The notes under the pieces: generated by a model
What the model saw: only the letters and a program-made list of their open reading frames with translations
Database searches by the model: none
What the model was told of the DNA's origin: nothing
Shown: piece after piece, positions 22,378 to 36,026 of the stretch
Position numbering within the stretch: the stretch's first letter is position 1
Layout: each line of letters begins with the position of its first letter
Program-made: the position numbers and the translations under genes
Assembly (NCBI GenBank): GCA_958009085.1
Contig: OY253679.1
Span: 496,001-560,000, forward strand
Direction: 5' to 3'
Length of the DNA: 64,000 nt
Source of the DNA: Protoeuglena noctilucae
Lineage: Eukaryota

Positions 22378-25300
22378 TCACTTCACGTCGCCATGCGCGA
22401 CGTCCCTCGCCCCCGTGTCTCCCTGTCCCTCCATCTCGTCGCCCTTCGCGTCCGCGCCTTCCACAGCCGATGCCCTCTCCCCGTCCTGCCCGTGCCACTC
22501 CCCATCATCCCCGGGCTGGATTTCCGCAGTGGTGTCGAGAGCCGCTGCGAAAGGGCCGGGAGCACAAGCCTCGTCATGGTGGCGCGACCCTGCATCCTAT
22601 CCCACACTGGCAGCCACGCTTCCAGGCCAAGCTGCATCTCACCTTGGCTGGCAGTGTCTGCGGGGCGGTCCAGGTCCTGCATGAGCCGCGACACCTCCAG
22701 CACGATGTCTGCGGGTCAACAAGTCACCAGCAGTGTTGACGGCAGAACGCTCGCTTCTGCGGCCTTCTGTCTGCGAGTCCTGCCAGTCCCACAAGCGGTG
22801 GCACATGCCTCCCGTCGACGTCGATCCAGCCATGCGCCCGCACCTGGCGCGCTGGGCCTGTACAGGGGGTTGGCGTGCATCATACGCTCCAGGAGCCTCC
22901 GCAGCTGCCGGGGGGTGTCGTCGGGGATGGGTGGGCGGGCGTGCTCCACGCAGACCTTGAAGACGACCTGGAAGGCGTCGCTGAGCTCGTGCCAGGGGCG
23001 GCACCCCGAGAAGCACTGCGGGGGCGGGAGCGGTGCCGCGCGTGACGCTGCGTGCCATCTGCGATGCGTGGCACTGGGTTGCGTAATGGGTGTCTTTGGG
23101 CCACCGCGGCCCTCTGTGCCGAACGCCATGCCACCGTGATATGGCTGGTCATCCTGACCGACTCGCTGCCGACCCCGCCGACAAGCGCTCGTCCCGCCGG
23201 CTGTGAGGAAGACGAAGCGTAGACTCACTCGCCTCCAACAGCACGATCCCCAAACTGCGGGCAGGGGAAGTGATTGGATCGTCACCATCAGGTCATTGCT
23301 AAGCAGGCACGGCCGTCAGCTGCAGACGGAACGCACACGCCGTCCCAACAGGTGTCCACCCCAAGAGAGGCTCGCCTGTAGATGTCGCACTTCTCCGTGA
23401 TGCGTTTGCTCTGCAAGACCTCGGGTGCCATGTAGAAGGGCGTGCCGTCGTTCTTGGTCAGCAGGAACTTGGTCATGGTGGCGTCCGGGTCCCGGATCTG
23501 CAGCAAGCACGGGGCGGCGTCCCTCACCCAGGCACGCACACGGGAGCAATGCAGGGCAGACATGTGCACAAGCAGCTGCATCCACCATCCGGGTCCCTGG
23601 CTCTGCATCCGCACCTTGGCGATCCCAAAGTCCGCCAGCTTGGCGTGGCCCTCGGCGTCGATGAGTATGTTGTGGGGCTTGAGGTCCCGGTGCACGATGC
23701 CCGAGGGGTGGAGGTAGGACAGGGCGGTGGCCACGTCGAGGCAGAGGGACAGGGTGGAGGCGTACGACAGACGCACACGCTCGTCTCCGGGGGGGTGAAT
23801 GAGCCTGCCGGCCACGAGAGAGAAGGGTTGCCATGCATGCGCATGCTGACGAGCTCACCAGGTGTAATGCATGGAGAGCATCGCCTTGGAGATGAGGGTA
23901 CGCGCGACTATCAGACGGTGCTCTTACCATGCCCCACACGGTGCAGGCCCCTGCCCCAGCATCCATGGACCAGCTCACCTGTCCAGGGATCCTCGGCCCA
24001 TGAGCTCCATGACGATAAAGGGCGTCGGTTCCAGGTTGCCACCAAAGCATTTGACGATGCGCGGGTGCGACAGGGTCGTGAGGAGCAGCAGCTCCTGCTC
24101 AATGCTCCGCACTAACTCGTCCGCCTGCATGGAAAGGCAAGAGTGGCCTTATTGCTAGGTAATCGCATGCAGCTGATGGTAGGATATGCCGCATCATGAG
24201 CAGTCCTGGCAGCTGCCCTTGGCCCAGCCTGCAAGCGGAACCCCTGGCCACCCTCATTGCCATACACAGCCGCACCTGCACTCCGGCATCCGGGCTGATC
24301 ATCTTGACGGCCACTGCCTGGTCCTCCCCCGTGGCCTCGTTGTGCCAGTACCCCTGCCACACCTCTCCATACGCCCCCTGTGCGCAACCGACGGTCGGCT
24401 CCACCGTGATCTGGCAGGCGCACGCAAGAAGCAACAGCGACCCACGAAGGAAGTCGTCGTGTAGCTTGACTACGACGAGCAATCTGCCTCGTCGTCAGTC
24501 CACATGTGTAGTACATGTGGAGGCAACGCCACAGGTCACTGGACCCATCCACGGCCTGTCTGTGAGTCACCTTCCCCAAGAGCTTCTCCCGCGTGATGTG
24601 CTCGAACGCCACCCGCTTGACCGAGGCCTGTAAGGCGAGGCCACGGTCGCCCGCCGTGGCGCGTGCCTGCCCGCCCACCAGCGCCGGCGGACGGAGGAAG
24701 AGGTCCCCGTGCGTCGGCGTCTCAGCCCCGGCGGGCCCGGGAGACTTGACGCCCGAGGCCTCCGCCGCGGGGGTCGGCATCCGCAGCTCCACGACAGACA
24801 CGTCCGCGCGCATGCCCGTGGAGCGAAGGCCCCCCGAGGCGCAGTGGGAGGTGGCCGATGAGGACGTGGCCCGGGTGCCGCCCATCCCGGTCGTAGCGGT
24901 GGTTGGCGTGTCGCTCTCTGAGGCCAGCGAAGCAGGGGTCGCAGTTGGGCACCCGCCGTGCCACGTCGACACCTTCACAGTGGGCAGTCATCGATGGCCC
25001 TGCGCCCTCCCTGCGGGCGCTCGCCTGGCTTGTAGGGCATCCCCGCGCTGCCGCCGGTTTCCGGAACCACAGCGAGCCTCAGCTTGGCGCGGTCGAAGTT
25101 GGGCAGGTCTTGCACGGTCGAGTGCGTGAGGCCGCTCTCCGTCATGGACGGCTGGAGGTGGGGCACAGGCCCTGCGTGTGCAATTCACGGACGTCAAGTG
25201 CGTGTCTCACGGTGGACAGCCCACCGTGCACCTGCGTCAGGCCCCCACAGTCCCGGCTCCTGCTCAAGGCGTGCACCCACCAAGCGCCCGTCTGCCGCCC

Positions 25301-28104
25301 GTGTTCAGCCCGAACGACTCCTGCGTGCCGTACCACGTGGCCCCGCCCGGGATGAAGAAGCCCGGGCCAGAGATCCCGGAGCTGCTGGCCTCCCACAGCC
25401 GCACCGCCTTGCTGTCGGGAGTGGGCGCCCCCGAGTGAGCCGACTCGTACCCCCCTCCGCAAAGGTCTGCATCGGAGCCCTTGCCCCGCACCTCCCGCCC
25501 GTTGCTGCCGAGAGTCAGGCCTGGGCGGCCCTGCGAGGAAGGCAGGGACTGGGCGGGCGTCCAGCGGGGCACCTCCCTTGCGCTTACAAACCAGCGACCC
25601 CACGCGAGAGACACTGCAAGCAGCGTCAGCACACGCCACCGCCGGTAAGCCCTCACCTTCCCCCCGGTCCCCCTCCTGGACGCCCCCGCGGTCCTGCGCC
25701 GGTGCCGCCAGCAGAAGAGGAGGACGCCCACCACCACGGCCGCCACCACGCTGCAGATGGCCGAGGCGCTGATGGCCGCGACTTTGCTCCTCCGGAGGTG
25801 CGACTGTTGCACGGCCGGGGCAGGGTGCCCCGGGGTGGGGGCGGGCACGCTGGCGGGCACCGGCAGGGGCTGGCTGACGGCCCGCGCCGCCTGCAGAGGC
25901 GCCCAGTCCGCGGGGACATCGACGCTGAGCGGCTGCGCGCCGCTGCAGCAGTTGTCGACCTGGATGAAGCACTGGGGCTTTTCCTCCGGGGACGGGTTGG
26001 GCCGGGGGCAGACGTACCCGGGGGGCACCTTGGAGCTGTCGCAGCTGCGGTGGCCCGGCGTCTGCCCCCACCCCAGCGTGGTCGCGTTGGCGCTGTTCTG
26101 GTAGTAGACGGGGATGTGGGAGTTCTTGGCCTGCACGCGGGCCACGATGCCCTGGGCGTCGAAGAGGGCCTTGGTCGCCGGGTCCGTGACGGTCGTGGTG
26201 TTGAGGAACGAGTAGTCCTCGGGGGTGTTCATGGGGTGATGGTCCTGCAGGATGGCGCGAGAGACAGCCTTCGCAGGATTGCAGGTCCTCTCACCAACCC
26301 AGGGGCATGCGTGTGTGTGTGCATATGTGAATGTGTCTGCGTGGCCTCGCCTTAGACTCAATGGAGAGGATGACGCGCATGTTGAGCACCCATGGCTTGC
26401 AGTCCGACTGCTTGATCCCCGCCGCCTTGCACAACGCCGTCAAGGCCGCCACCAGCGTCTGCTGACTGGGGTTCTGCAGGGGATGAGCCACAAGCCCTCG
26501 TCCTGCCTTCGCCCACACGTCGTCACAGTGGCACCCCGCACCCTCGCGCCGCTGCCCATGCCACCCCACCTTCATGTAGGCCTGGATGGCGTTCACTGCG
26601 TCCGGGCTGGCCTCGATCTTCTGCGTCTGGGACTGGGGCAGCAGCACGGGGTCCGGGAGCCCCTCCGCCTGAAAGATGTCGGTGCGGGTGAAGGAAGCGG
26701 AGAGCTTGAACCGCGCGCCGGGCCCGCTGCCGGGCGGCGCTGCCGTGACGTTGAAGCTGAAGCCACGGTCGCATCCGCCCAGGAAGGGCGAGGCCTGGAA
26801 GTCCATGCAGAAGACGTGGGAGCTGGCCGGGTCGGACTCGTCGCTGGCGCCCCCGAAGTAGTAGTCAAACTCGAGGCCGTTGATGTTGACGGGCTGCTCC
26901 CCCACGTTGCTGACCGACACAATCATCTGGGTGAAGCCGGGGCCCGGCTGGCTCGCGTAGGGCTGCTTGACCAGCTCTACGGGCATGTAGCTCGCCTCCA
27001 CCGCCCCCGTGGGGTACTCGCACGGCAGGCCCGTGCTCTGACCCCCGTCGTCCTCCGTGCCGGCGATCATGGGACGGCAGTAGAGGTTGTTGAAGACCAT
27101 ATCCTTCACCGGCTTGATCTTGAAGCCGAGGGCGTCCAGGGGGCCCTTGGTCGCGCTGAACTTGATCAGCTGCTGCCGCGCAGGGCTGTCCAGCGTCAGC
27201 GGCTGCTGCGTCGGGTCCGGCGATGGTGTCGGCGTGGTCCCCGGCCCGGCAGCCGTGGCGTTGCGGAGCTGGTTGAGCAGGATGACCGTCGAGTCGTTCT
27301 TGCCATCCACCGCCCGCGCATTGTCCAGCAGCGACCCCTGTGGCTTGAACGTCTCCCCGCCCTGCATCCGGGGGGTCCGTGGCGGTGTGGGTCAGGAGCT
27401 CTGCAGCGCATCCACCAAGGACAGCAACGACACCACACGAGCGTCGACCTCTACTGTCCAGACACTCGCCTGAAACACCCAGGACAGTCCCCAGCTGTGA
27501 AGCAGGGGCGTGTTCTTGGGCCGCTTGTCAAAGACTGCCAGCATGCCGAACTGCGGCAGGGGAGCCGAGCAATAGAAGGGTCACCTGCGACTCGCATCGC
27601 AGTGCGGCGCGAGTGACAACCAACCGCTCCCCTCCACGCCGTCACCATCTCGCTGTCGGGCAGGACGTTCTGGGTGCTGTCAATCTTGTCGAACGCCGTG
27701 TAGGCCACGACCATGGGACAGTCCGGAGGGGTGGTCGGGGTAGGTGACGCCGCGGACGGGAGCAGAGTTGGGCTCGGCGCCGGGGTGCTCGCGGCCGTGG
27801 GGCTCGGGACGGGGGCTGGGGAGGCGTCCACGAGCCGCCGGAACGGCACGACGTCTTCGGACGAGGAGGACGCGGGGTCACCCGACCCGCCCGATCGGAC
27901 GCGGCGAGACGCCCCGGCGGCGGCGCAGCTCTCGGCTCCCAGCCCGACGCGAGCCACGATCGGCACCCCCGGCAGTCGACACGCTTCCCCCGCGCAGGCC
28001 GCGGACGCGTAGCATGAAAGAATCGCGAAAGTGAGGAGCACGAGCGAGGTGGCGCAGCGCCGCGGGAGCCGCGGGGCTGGGCGTGGGCCCAGGAGCGGCG
28101 TCAT
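22378..28104 (-). CDS. Single-pass receptor-like TKL protein kinase (signal peptide, large ectodomain, TM helix, kinase)
   Basis: Signal [43 protein letters not shown] followed by RHRRR (~25700-25790); kinase [60 protein letters not shown]. Confidence 0.88.
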
Positions 28105-28874
28105 GGGCGGGCGGGAGCGCCCCTTGGCCGCCGGGGCCGCTGTCCAGCCCATCACGGGAGCGCCGCCCGCTGCGCAAAAGAGCGAAGGACGCATTTAGGC
28201 GATCGAACGGACCTGCGCGCCACGAGGGCGCTCGCTGCGCCCTCCTCATTCGCATCACCTGCAGCACCCTGCGCGGCGTCGGGCCCGTGGGAGCGGCAGG
28301 AGCTCCACGCGACCTTGTCGTCACCAACCAAGCGCAGGCGTGTGGGACCAAGACCAAAGGAACCCGGTCGCGGTCCCGGAAACTCTCGACGCGGGTCGCG
28401 CGAATGCCGCTGATCGCGGGCGCGCGCGCACGCGTTACACGGTGGAAGCGCGCCGGGTTCGACAATGAACGGCAGGGATTTGCCGACACCGGCCGTTGCC
28501 TGAGGCCTCAGAGGCCCTCCCGATCAGCAGGACTCGGTTGCTCCGACTGCGGGGTACACTACAGGATCCCATGCCAGGCGAGGTCCTCTCCGCGAAAGGG
28601 CGCGTCGGTGGGCTGCTGGCCGGCATCCCTCTGCCATCCCGGGAGTCGCGGAGCCTCCCTGCGTTTCGCGCGCAGCGACTGACGGGTGGGACGGCGCTGA
28701 GGGAGACGCGGGCGCCCCGCTGGCTGCATCCGGTGGATAAGGCTGTCTTCGCTTGCTCTGGTGCTTGACGAAACGGACGCGTTGGCTTCCTTGTGGCTTT
28801 CGTCAGCCAAGCGCCTGGGATCCGCTGCCCGCGCCCGCGCTCGCAAGGCCGGCTGTCGCTTCGCGTCTCTGCGG

Positions 28875-29702
28875 ATGCTTCGCGAGGCGAGCGGGATCGC
28901 CGCACGCCTTGCCAGCAGGCCGTGGGCCGCTGCGTCGACAAACGCTCTGCACGCGCGTCGTTGGAACTCGCAAGGGTCCGATATAGAGGTACGAGATGGT
29001 CACCTCCCGCTCATGTGAAGGCGCTGGCCATCCGAGCTCCACGTGCGTCGGGTTGGGCCTGCAACGACGGCGGTGCGACCCTCCCTTCCCGCAGGGCGGC
29101 GATCCGCTCCGGGCTGGCCAGTTCTCGGACGTCATAGCGCGAGAAAGCGGCGTGCAGTATGTCACGGCTCTGACGAACACGGCGTTCGCGCTGTCGGGGT
29201 GTGTGGGCGCGGCATGGACTCTCAGCATGGCTGTCGCACGCAGCTTGTGGCCGTCCACACCCAGAGATTGTACGCCCTCGTCCGCAGAGGGAGCGTCATC
29301 GAAGGCCCCGCGTTCGTCTCCGCGAATACCGGCCTCGCGATGCACTGCGATGCCCCAGGGAACCTCACTGTCGAGTCCCTTGCCCCCCTCACGCTCCTGC
29401 GCCCCGTCCCCGACATCGTCGTCTTCGGCGTCGGGTCCGGTGGCGCGCTGGAGACAGAACTGAGCAAGTAAGCGGCTGGGAGGTCTCACCACCACCGCGG
29501 GGGGCCACGGCCGCGAGCAGCCCAGCAGCATTGTGGCCATGCACGTGCGTGCAGGCCAGTCCGGGACTTCCTGCACGACCGTGGCGTGGCATACGAGGCC
29601 ATGGAGACGCGGCGAGCGGTGGGGGCGTACAACGTGTTGCTCCAGGAGGGGCGGCGGGTAGCGGCCTTCCTGTGGCCTCCAAGCCCCGGGAGGAGCACGT
29701 AG
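28875..29702 (+). CDS. NDUFAF3: Mth938/DUF498-family protein, mitochondrial complex I assembly factor NDUFAF3-like
   Basis: Arg/Ala presequence MLREASGIAARLASRPW..RRWNS; LTVESLAPLTLLRPVPDIVVFGVG..FLHDRGVAYEAMETRRAVGAYNVLLQEGRRVAAFL. Confidence 0.85.
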
Positions 29703-29742
29703 GGTGCGCTGCCGCGTTTGAACCACCGTGGTGCCGTCGAGT

Positions 29743-31378
29743 TCAACTTTGCAGCGCAAACTCCTGACGCATGTACTTCCCCTCGTCGAAGTAGCTCGCG
29801 CTGACCTCCCGGCCAGCGAAGAAGCGCCCGTCCAAGTCTCGCAGCGCCCTCTGCGGTCGCGCCGGGGAGCGGCCGCGTTCGAGCCCCTCCGCCATCCGGC
29901 GCCGCGATGCGCGCACGGCAGCACTCGCCTCTGCCGCCGCGGACCCCCGGAACTCCACGAAGATGCGGACCGACTGTTCGTCTGGGACGGCCTCGTCGGC
30001 GACCTCGAAGATGACCACCCGCACCACCGGGCCGTACTTGTCGCACTCATCCGCGACCTCGTCCTCCAGCTCGTCGTCCACCTCCCCGCGCCCCACTGCG
30101 GATGAGCGAGCACACCGACGTGAGTCCGTGCAATCCAGCCAGGCATGGATCCTGACTGCCCCGCCCACCAGCTCGGGCTCGAGTGACGCACCCATGTTCT
30201 GCAGGAGCACCACCCTCGTGGCGAGGGGGTCGGCCGAGCGTGCCGTCGGGTCGGCCTCCACCAGCCCGTCGTGTAAACCCCCCAGCCGGATCGTGGCGTG
30301 GCCTCCCCCCTCCCCCGTCTCCATGACGAGTGGCGTCGCCATCCCCTGTCGATTCTTGCCGAGCCCCTCCCCCGACTTCCATCCCATCCTGCACGAAATC
30401 AACACACGCAGGGGTATGGCCCCTGCACGTCGTGGCTACTGCATGCATGGCTTCCGCGCCCCGTCACCCACGCACTTCTGCATCATCTTCTGGGCCGCCG
30501 TCAGGCCTCCCTTGTTCACCGCCTTGACCATGCTGGTGGGCGCTGCGTCTGGCGCGCCACCTGCCTCCCCCGTCCCTGCGTCTCTGCCCGGCTCGCGCAT
30601 GGACGTCGCCTGCGGCAGCGGCACAGAAACGTGCGGTCACTCCCAGCACCCAAGGACCTTCACGGTCCTGCAGGCACTCCACCACCCATCACGCACCCCA
30701 TTCGCCTGGTCTCGTGGGGCGTCCGCGTCCTGTTTAGCCGCGCCCTGCTGAGCCATCATCTGCGACGATCAAAATCTCTGTGCATGGAACACCCTCAACA
30801 GGTCCATAAGGCAGGATGCAATCGCCCCGGCCCGCCCCACGCACCTCATCCTGGATCTTCCCGAGGGCCGCCTGGGCCGCCTCCAGCCGCTGCTTCCGCT
30901 CCCTGAGAATCGCGCTGAACTCGTTCGGCACCGCGGGGTCGTACTCGTCGCCCTCCCTGCGCCCGGAGAGCACGGCGCCTTGCAGCAGGGCAGTCCGGCG
31001 CCATAGCAGGGGGCCAGGAGCATGGAACCACGTGACGCATCCCATAACACGCTCCCCGCCATCCACGCGCGCACTCACGCGAGTTTGGTCACTGCCTGGC
31101 CACTTCTAGGCTCCCTGGCGGGCGCGGGCCCAGTAACCGGGTTCCCCACGGTCACCGCTGCCCGGCGCTTGGTCGCTTGCGAAGGGGCCATCGACGGAGG
31201 AGCCATGGGTATCGGCGTCGGCTTGGCAAAGGGAATTCTGCGCGCATCGGCTCGGGTGGGGCGCTCACAGCGCGTCTCCGGTCCCCGGGACCGCGAGCCT
31301 CGCATGTACTCACCGAGGCGGCGCTGGCATTGTCCCCTCAGACCCCTTGGCGGCCGGCAAGTCGCCGTACAAACTCAT
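29743..31378 (-). CDS. SPF45: Splicing factor SPF45/RBM17/DRT111 (G-patch + UHM)
   Basis: Start MSLYGDLP; DEYDPAVPNEF; AQKMMQKMGWKSGEGLGKNRQGMATPL; TRVVLLQNMVGRGEVDDELEDEVADECDKYG..VRIFVEF..DLDGRFFAGREV. Confidence 0.93.
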
Positions 31379-31881
31379 CTTGCCCAACCAGCACGCAGCG
31401 GGGTCCCCGATGGGGGGCCGGGAATTCTGAGACTCAAGGAGAGGTCATTTTCACGCAAAGAAAGCGGCGCTGGGGCGTTTGCCTCGGTCTGATCGCCAAA
31501 ACTTGCAGACCATGAAACGTCAGTCTCTCCAGAGCGCTCGCCACACGCACACCCGCCACGATTCAGCTCCTCGACTTGCCACCCCTGTCCTCACAGTTGC
31601 CATCATCTCCTTGTCCACATCTTCCTGAAACAAGCCTCCGCCTTGGCATAACGCCACCATAACCCACGCGGCACCCCTTGAAGTGCCGCCGGATCTCGCG
31701 GAGAGCCACCAGGTGACGCATGGGTCTTGTTAGTTAGCTAGTTACCCCATTACGGCATCGCTGGCCCCAATGGTGCCCGTGCGCGGGTGTGTGTCATGCA
31801 TGATGTGAGGTGTCCCAATGTGGATTTCGCGCGCCCTTAATGAATTATCCCAGCAGCTCTCGCGCTCACGCAGTCGTTATC

Positions 31882-33378
31882 ATGACGACGGTTCTCTCTG
31901 CTACGCATGGCGTGGCGCAAGGCGGCTCCATGGCGCGGCTCAGGCACCAGTCCCCGCCTTGCGCCGTCCTTCCGATGTACCTGCGCAGGCATCGACCCCG
32001 GCCGACGGATCGCGAGCGAAGGTCTGCCACCTGCCCCGCCCTCCCTGCTGGCTTGCCCACGGCAGCGGCAGCCGGGGCAAGCCTGGGCCTCGCGGCCGTC
32101 CTCAAACTCTGCGGCACGGGGCGTGTCCTGGGCATCTCGGGGACCATACGCGGGGCCGTCTTCTCGAAGCCCGAGCTCTGGCGCTTTGCCTTCCTGACCG
32201 GCATGGCTTCAGGCGCCCTATGGGCTCATAGGGCGCTGGGGGCAGCCGCGTTCCTGCCCCTGCCGGCGACGTACTCCTACGTGGTGAGGGCTGCGCCACT
32301 GCTCTGCATCGCGTGCGCCGGCTTCCTATCTGTTCCACCACACATGGACACCACGCACTTCACCCTCAGCGTGCGATTGCCGGTGGTCTCCTCGTGGGCT
32401 TCGGAGCGACGCTGGGGAATGGCTGCACGTCTGGGCACGGCATCTGTGGCAACTCGCGCCTGTCCCCGAGGAGCATGGCCCACACCGTCACCGCCATGGC
32501 CGCTGGGGGCCTCACAGCTGCTGCGGTGAGTTGGCATTCCGGGAGCGCAACGGGAGCGAGGCCAGGCTGCTCGGCGGCACCGTGTCACCCTCGACATACG
32601 CTCACGCAGACGGGGACGCTGACCGCGTTGGGTGGCCCAGCAACAACCGCGTCAGCGAGTCTCGGCATGGCGCTCAACCTGCTCGTCGCGTCCGCCGTCG
32701 TCCTCGGCATCTCGGGGTCCAAGTCCGTGCTATCGCGGGTGTGTGAGCTGACACAGGCCCCGGGCCCACCGGTACCGGTGGGAGCACAGCCGCGGACAGT
32801 CGGCCGACGAAAGTGCAAGGTGCCCCCCGCAGGCGGCCCGTGACGACGGGGCAGGCGAGGCCCTGACCGAAGTGACGTCCGGGTTCCTGTTCTCCCTGGG
32901 CCTTGCGCTGTCGGGGATGACGCTGGGCCCCAAGGTCGCCGCCTTCCTCTCCTTCGCAAATGCTGCCTGGGACCCGACCCTGGCGGCCGTCATGGCCGGC
33001 GCTCTGCTGGTCTCCACGCCACTCACACTCTCCTTCCTCAAGACCGGGTGCGGGCCGGCCTTCCGGTGCAGCATCGACATGCCGCGACGCAGGGACATCG
33101 ATGCCCGGCTCCTCGCGGGGGCGGCTCTGTTCGGGGCCGGGTGGGGCCTATCGGGGTTCTGCCCAGGCCCGGCGTTCGTCAACCTGGCTGCCGTGCCAGG
33201 GGGCTAGATAGCCGCGTACGTGGCGGCGATGCTGGCAGGCATGCGCGCCGCCTCCGGCATGGAGAAGGCCAAGGCTCCTGTGGCGCCCACGGAGACGGCC
33301 AAGACTGCGAGCCCCGTCCCCGCCGAGGGCTGCACTGCCGCAGCGAGTCCAGCAAGGGAGCACACCGTCTGCATGTAA
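31882..33378 (+). CDS. YeeE/YedE (sulfur-compound transporter) two-domain membrane protein with in-frame TAG at 33205-33207; start uncertain
   Basis: [90 protein letters not shown]; after the [15 protein letters not shown] continues to TAA at 33378. Confidence 0.85.
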
Positions 33379-33636
33379 TGCGCTGGCTTGAAGTTTACAG
33401 GCCGACTGGCGCTGAGGACGACATGCGGGTGTTAAAAATGCGACAGCATCATGCCGCCGAGTTGCTAAAGAGCGTGCAACCATCAGAACGTGTGCATGTC
33501 CTGGCCCATCCATTCAGCTCTAGGGCAATGGACGCGGTCATGCGCAGGTAGAGTCGGGGCCGTTGTCGAACGGGGAGAAAAGGAACGAGGTCAGGGAGAC
33601 AAAAGTGTTAGCGAACCCATCAGCAGAGCTCGTCGC

Positions 33637-36026
33637 TTAAAAGAGGCTCCCGATGTCGAGATGAAGTCCGGGCGACTCTAAGGGGCTCATCCCCGGCAAA
33701 AGGTCCAGTCCCTGCGTGCAAGGACATCTCGTATTCTGTAACACCAGCTTGGTGACCCAGTCGCGCGCATGCGGGCCTGTCCCTGCCCGCGTCCCCACCT
33801 CCGACAGGCGCGGAGGCCCCTGCCCCGCCAGCGCCGCCTCCAGGTCCGCGTCGTTCATCGCCATCACGTCCGCGTCCTCCATCATCTTCAGCACGGCCGG
33901 CGACCACGCGTCGTCCTCATCGGTGGGGTCCTCCCCCGACCCCTTGCCGCCCGCCCTCGCACCCCCCGGCAGCTGCGTGGCCGGCTGAGCATCGGCGCGG
34001 AGGACGGCCGAGCCCTGCTGGTGCGTCACGAGGCTGTCCTGCGCGTCCGTCGAGCCTCGGGGGCCGGGCGACATCGGAGCCGCCGCCGACCCCGCTGCCG
34101 CTCCTGCTACCGCTTGGGCCTGCGGTCCGGTCATGGCTGCTCCGCCGTCCGCCCACGACAGCTGGAGGTCCGTGGGAGACGTGCGGCCCGTGTTTGCGGC
34201 GAGGCACACGGGGGCGTCCTCCCATGCACCGACCTCTGGCCTCGGCAGCTCGATGCCACCCAAAGGCGGATGGTGGCTGCCGATCGTCAGTGGGGGAGGG
34301 CGCAGGCCGGAGATGGGGGACGCTCCGAGCATGGGCGGCACGGGGGCAGGCCAGTCGAGAGTGACGGGGGCGTACTTGCCCCTCCCAACGGGTGCCTTGG
34401 CAGGCGGAGATCCGGCAGCTTGGGTCTGGCGTAACTGCGCCTGGATGGAGCGGGAGAGGAAGCGCTTGCCGCCCGCGCAAATGATCGCATGCCCGTGCAT
34501 CGCCCCGCGCAACAGTTTCGGGGCTGAAAGGGAGGAGCCCCACTGCCGCTGCCGCTGCCCGCCCCTCGTCCGCTCACTTCTAGCGCGGCCGCCTGCCTCG
34601 GCGGCGCACCCCACATCGGGACTGCCTGCGGCACGCCACGGAGCTTGGACACGGGCGATCCGACCGTCAGGGCGCTGATGCGGGACAGCGCCGAGGTGTG
34701 CGCCTCGGCGTGGGGCCCGTCCACGTGCATGGCCGTCTGCGCCTCGGACGACGGGCCCAGCGTCGACCCGTTGCCGCTGTCGCCGCCCCGCTCGCCGCTA
34801 TGGTTCAGCGACCCCGACCCCTCCCCGCCCTGGCCCTCCTCTGGCGCCCGGGCCTGGATGCGCTGGCTGCGCCGTGTGGCCTGCGGCTCGCTCGACAGCT
34901 CCGCGCCCACCTCGGCCGAGATGCGCTGCGCGTCCCACTGCACAGCGAGGAGCGCGTCGTGTCAAGTCTCACGCGCAGCCGCAGCGCCCGCGGGGTAGCC
35001 TGGGCTAAAAACCGTGACTCCACGCCCGTGGCTTTCGCTCACCTCGCCGGGGAAGTTGAGCTTCGCCTCGCCGCCCTTGACGCGCACCGCCGCCTTGTCG
35101 TACGCGCGGGCCGCCTCCTCTGCCGTGTCAAAGGTGCCCAGCCACAGGCGCACGCCCTTGGTGGGGTCCCGGATCTCAGCTGCCCACTTGCCCTGCGGCA
35201 GAAGGATTAGAGCTCCACTCACGCGTAGGCGAGGCACACACACAAGTGATCTCACCCCGTGCACAACGACCGTGGCATGGCCCACAGAAGCGCCAGCACC
35301 CACCCACGGCCTCTGGCGCACGCCGCGGAACTGGGAGCCCCGCGCGGGGCGGTTCGGGTCGCGCGTCCCCCGGCTCTTCCCCTTGCCGCTCTTGCCGCCC
35401 TTGCCCTTCTTGCTGGGCGTCCCGGGGGACATGGCCATGGCGTCTGGCCACATCGCGTCCTGTAGCAGGGGAGGCCACCACGTCGTCACACGCGCAGCTG
35501 CGACATGCGGCTGGCAGCTGCAGCCTAGCTTCTCCTGAGCGGCAACTCACCTCCGGGAACCCGTACGGCAGGCCAGCCCACCCTGGCATGGGCATCATGG
35601 GCGGGGACCCGCCGGCAGGGAGCGTCGGCACATCTGGCCCCGCCACGTGCTCGAGGCGCGAGTCCCGCGACAGCATGGACGGGCGCGTCGTCAGGGGCCC
35701 CTCCTGAGCGGAGAAGCGCGACGCCTGGGGCGACCGGCCCTGCGAGCCCGGGCAAGGGGACCATCGCGCGACGGCCGGGATCACGTCGGCGCGTGCCACG
35801 CGACAGCGACGCGAGGCCTCGCCTGACCCCCATTGCCGGACAGCTGGCGTCGGAAGGGCTGGGGCGAAAACTCCGAGTCTGAGCATGCGCGCTTGGGGGA
35901 AGGCACGTCCACTTCTAAGTCGGCATGGCTGCGCTTGCCAGCCTGCTGCAGGGAGCGCGGAGATGTCAAGGTAGGCGAGGCTCGCGGAGGGAGGGGTCCG
36001 GGCGGCCATCCCGAGGCGAATGACAT
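33637..36026 (-). CDS. AP2/ERF-domain transcription factor (single AP2 domain)
   Basis: [59 protein letters not shown] (~35345-35045); flanks are low-complexity. Confidence 0.92.

Noticed and set aside
33205..33207. Possible alternative genetic code (TAG = Gln) suggested by the YeeE internal stop
   Set aside because: TAG and TAA terminate several conserved genes in this window and no other internal TAR codons were seen.
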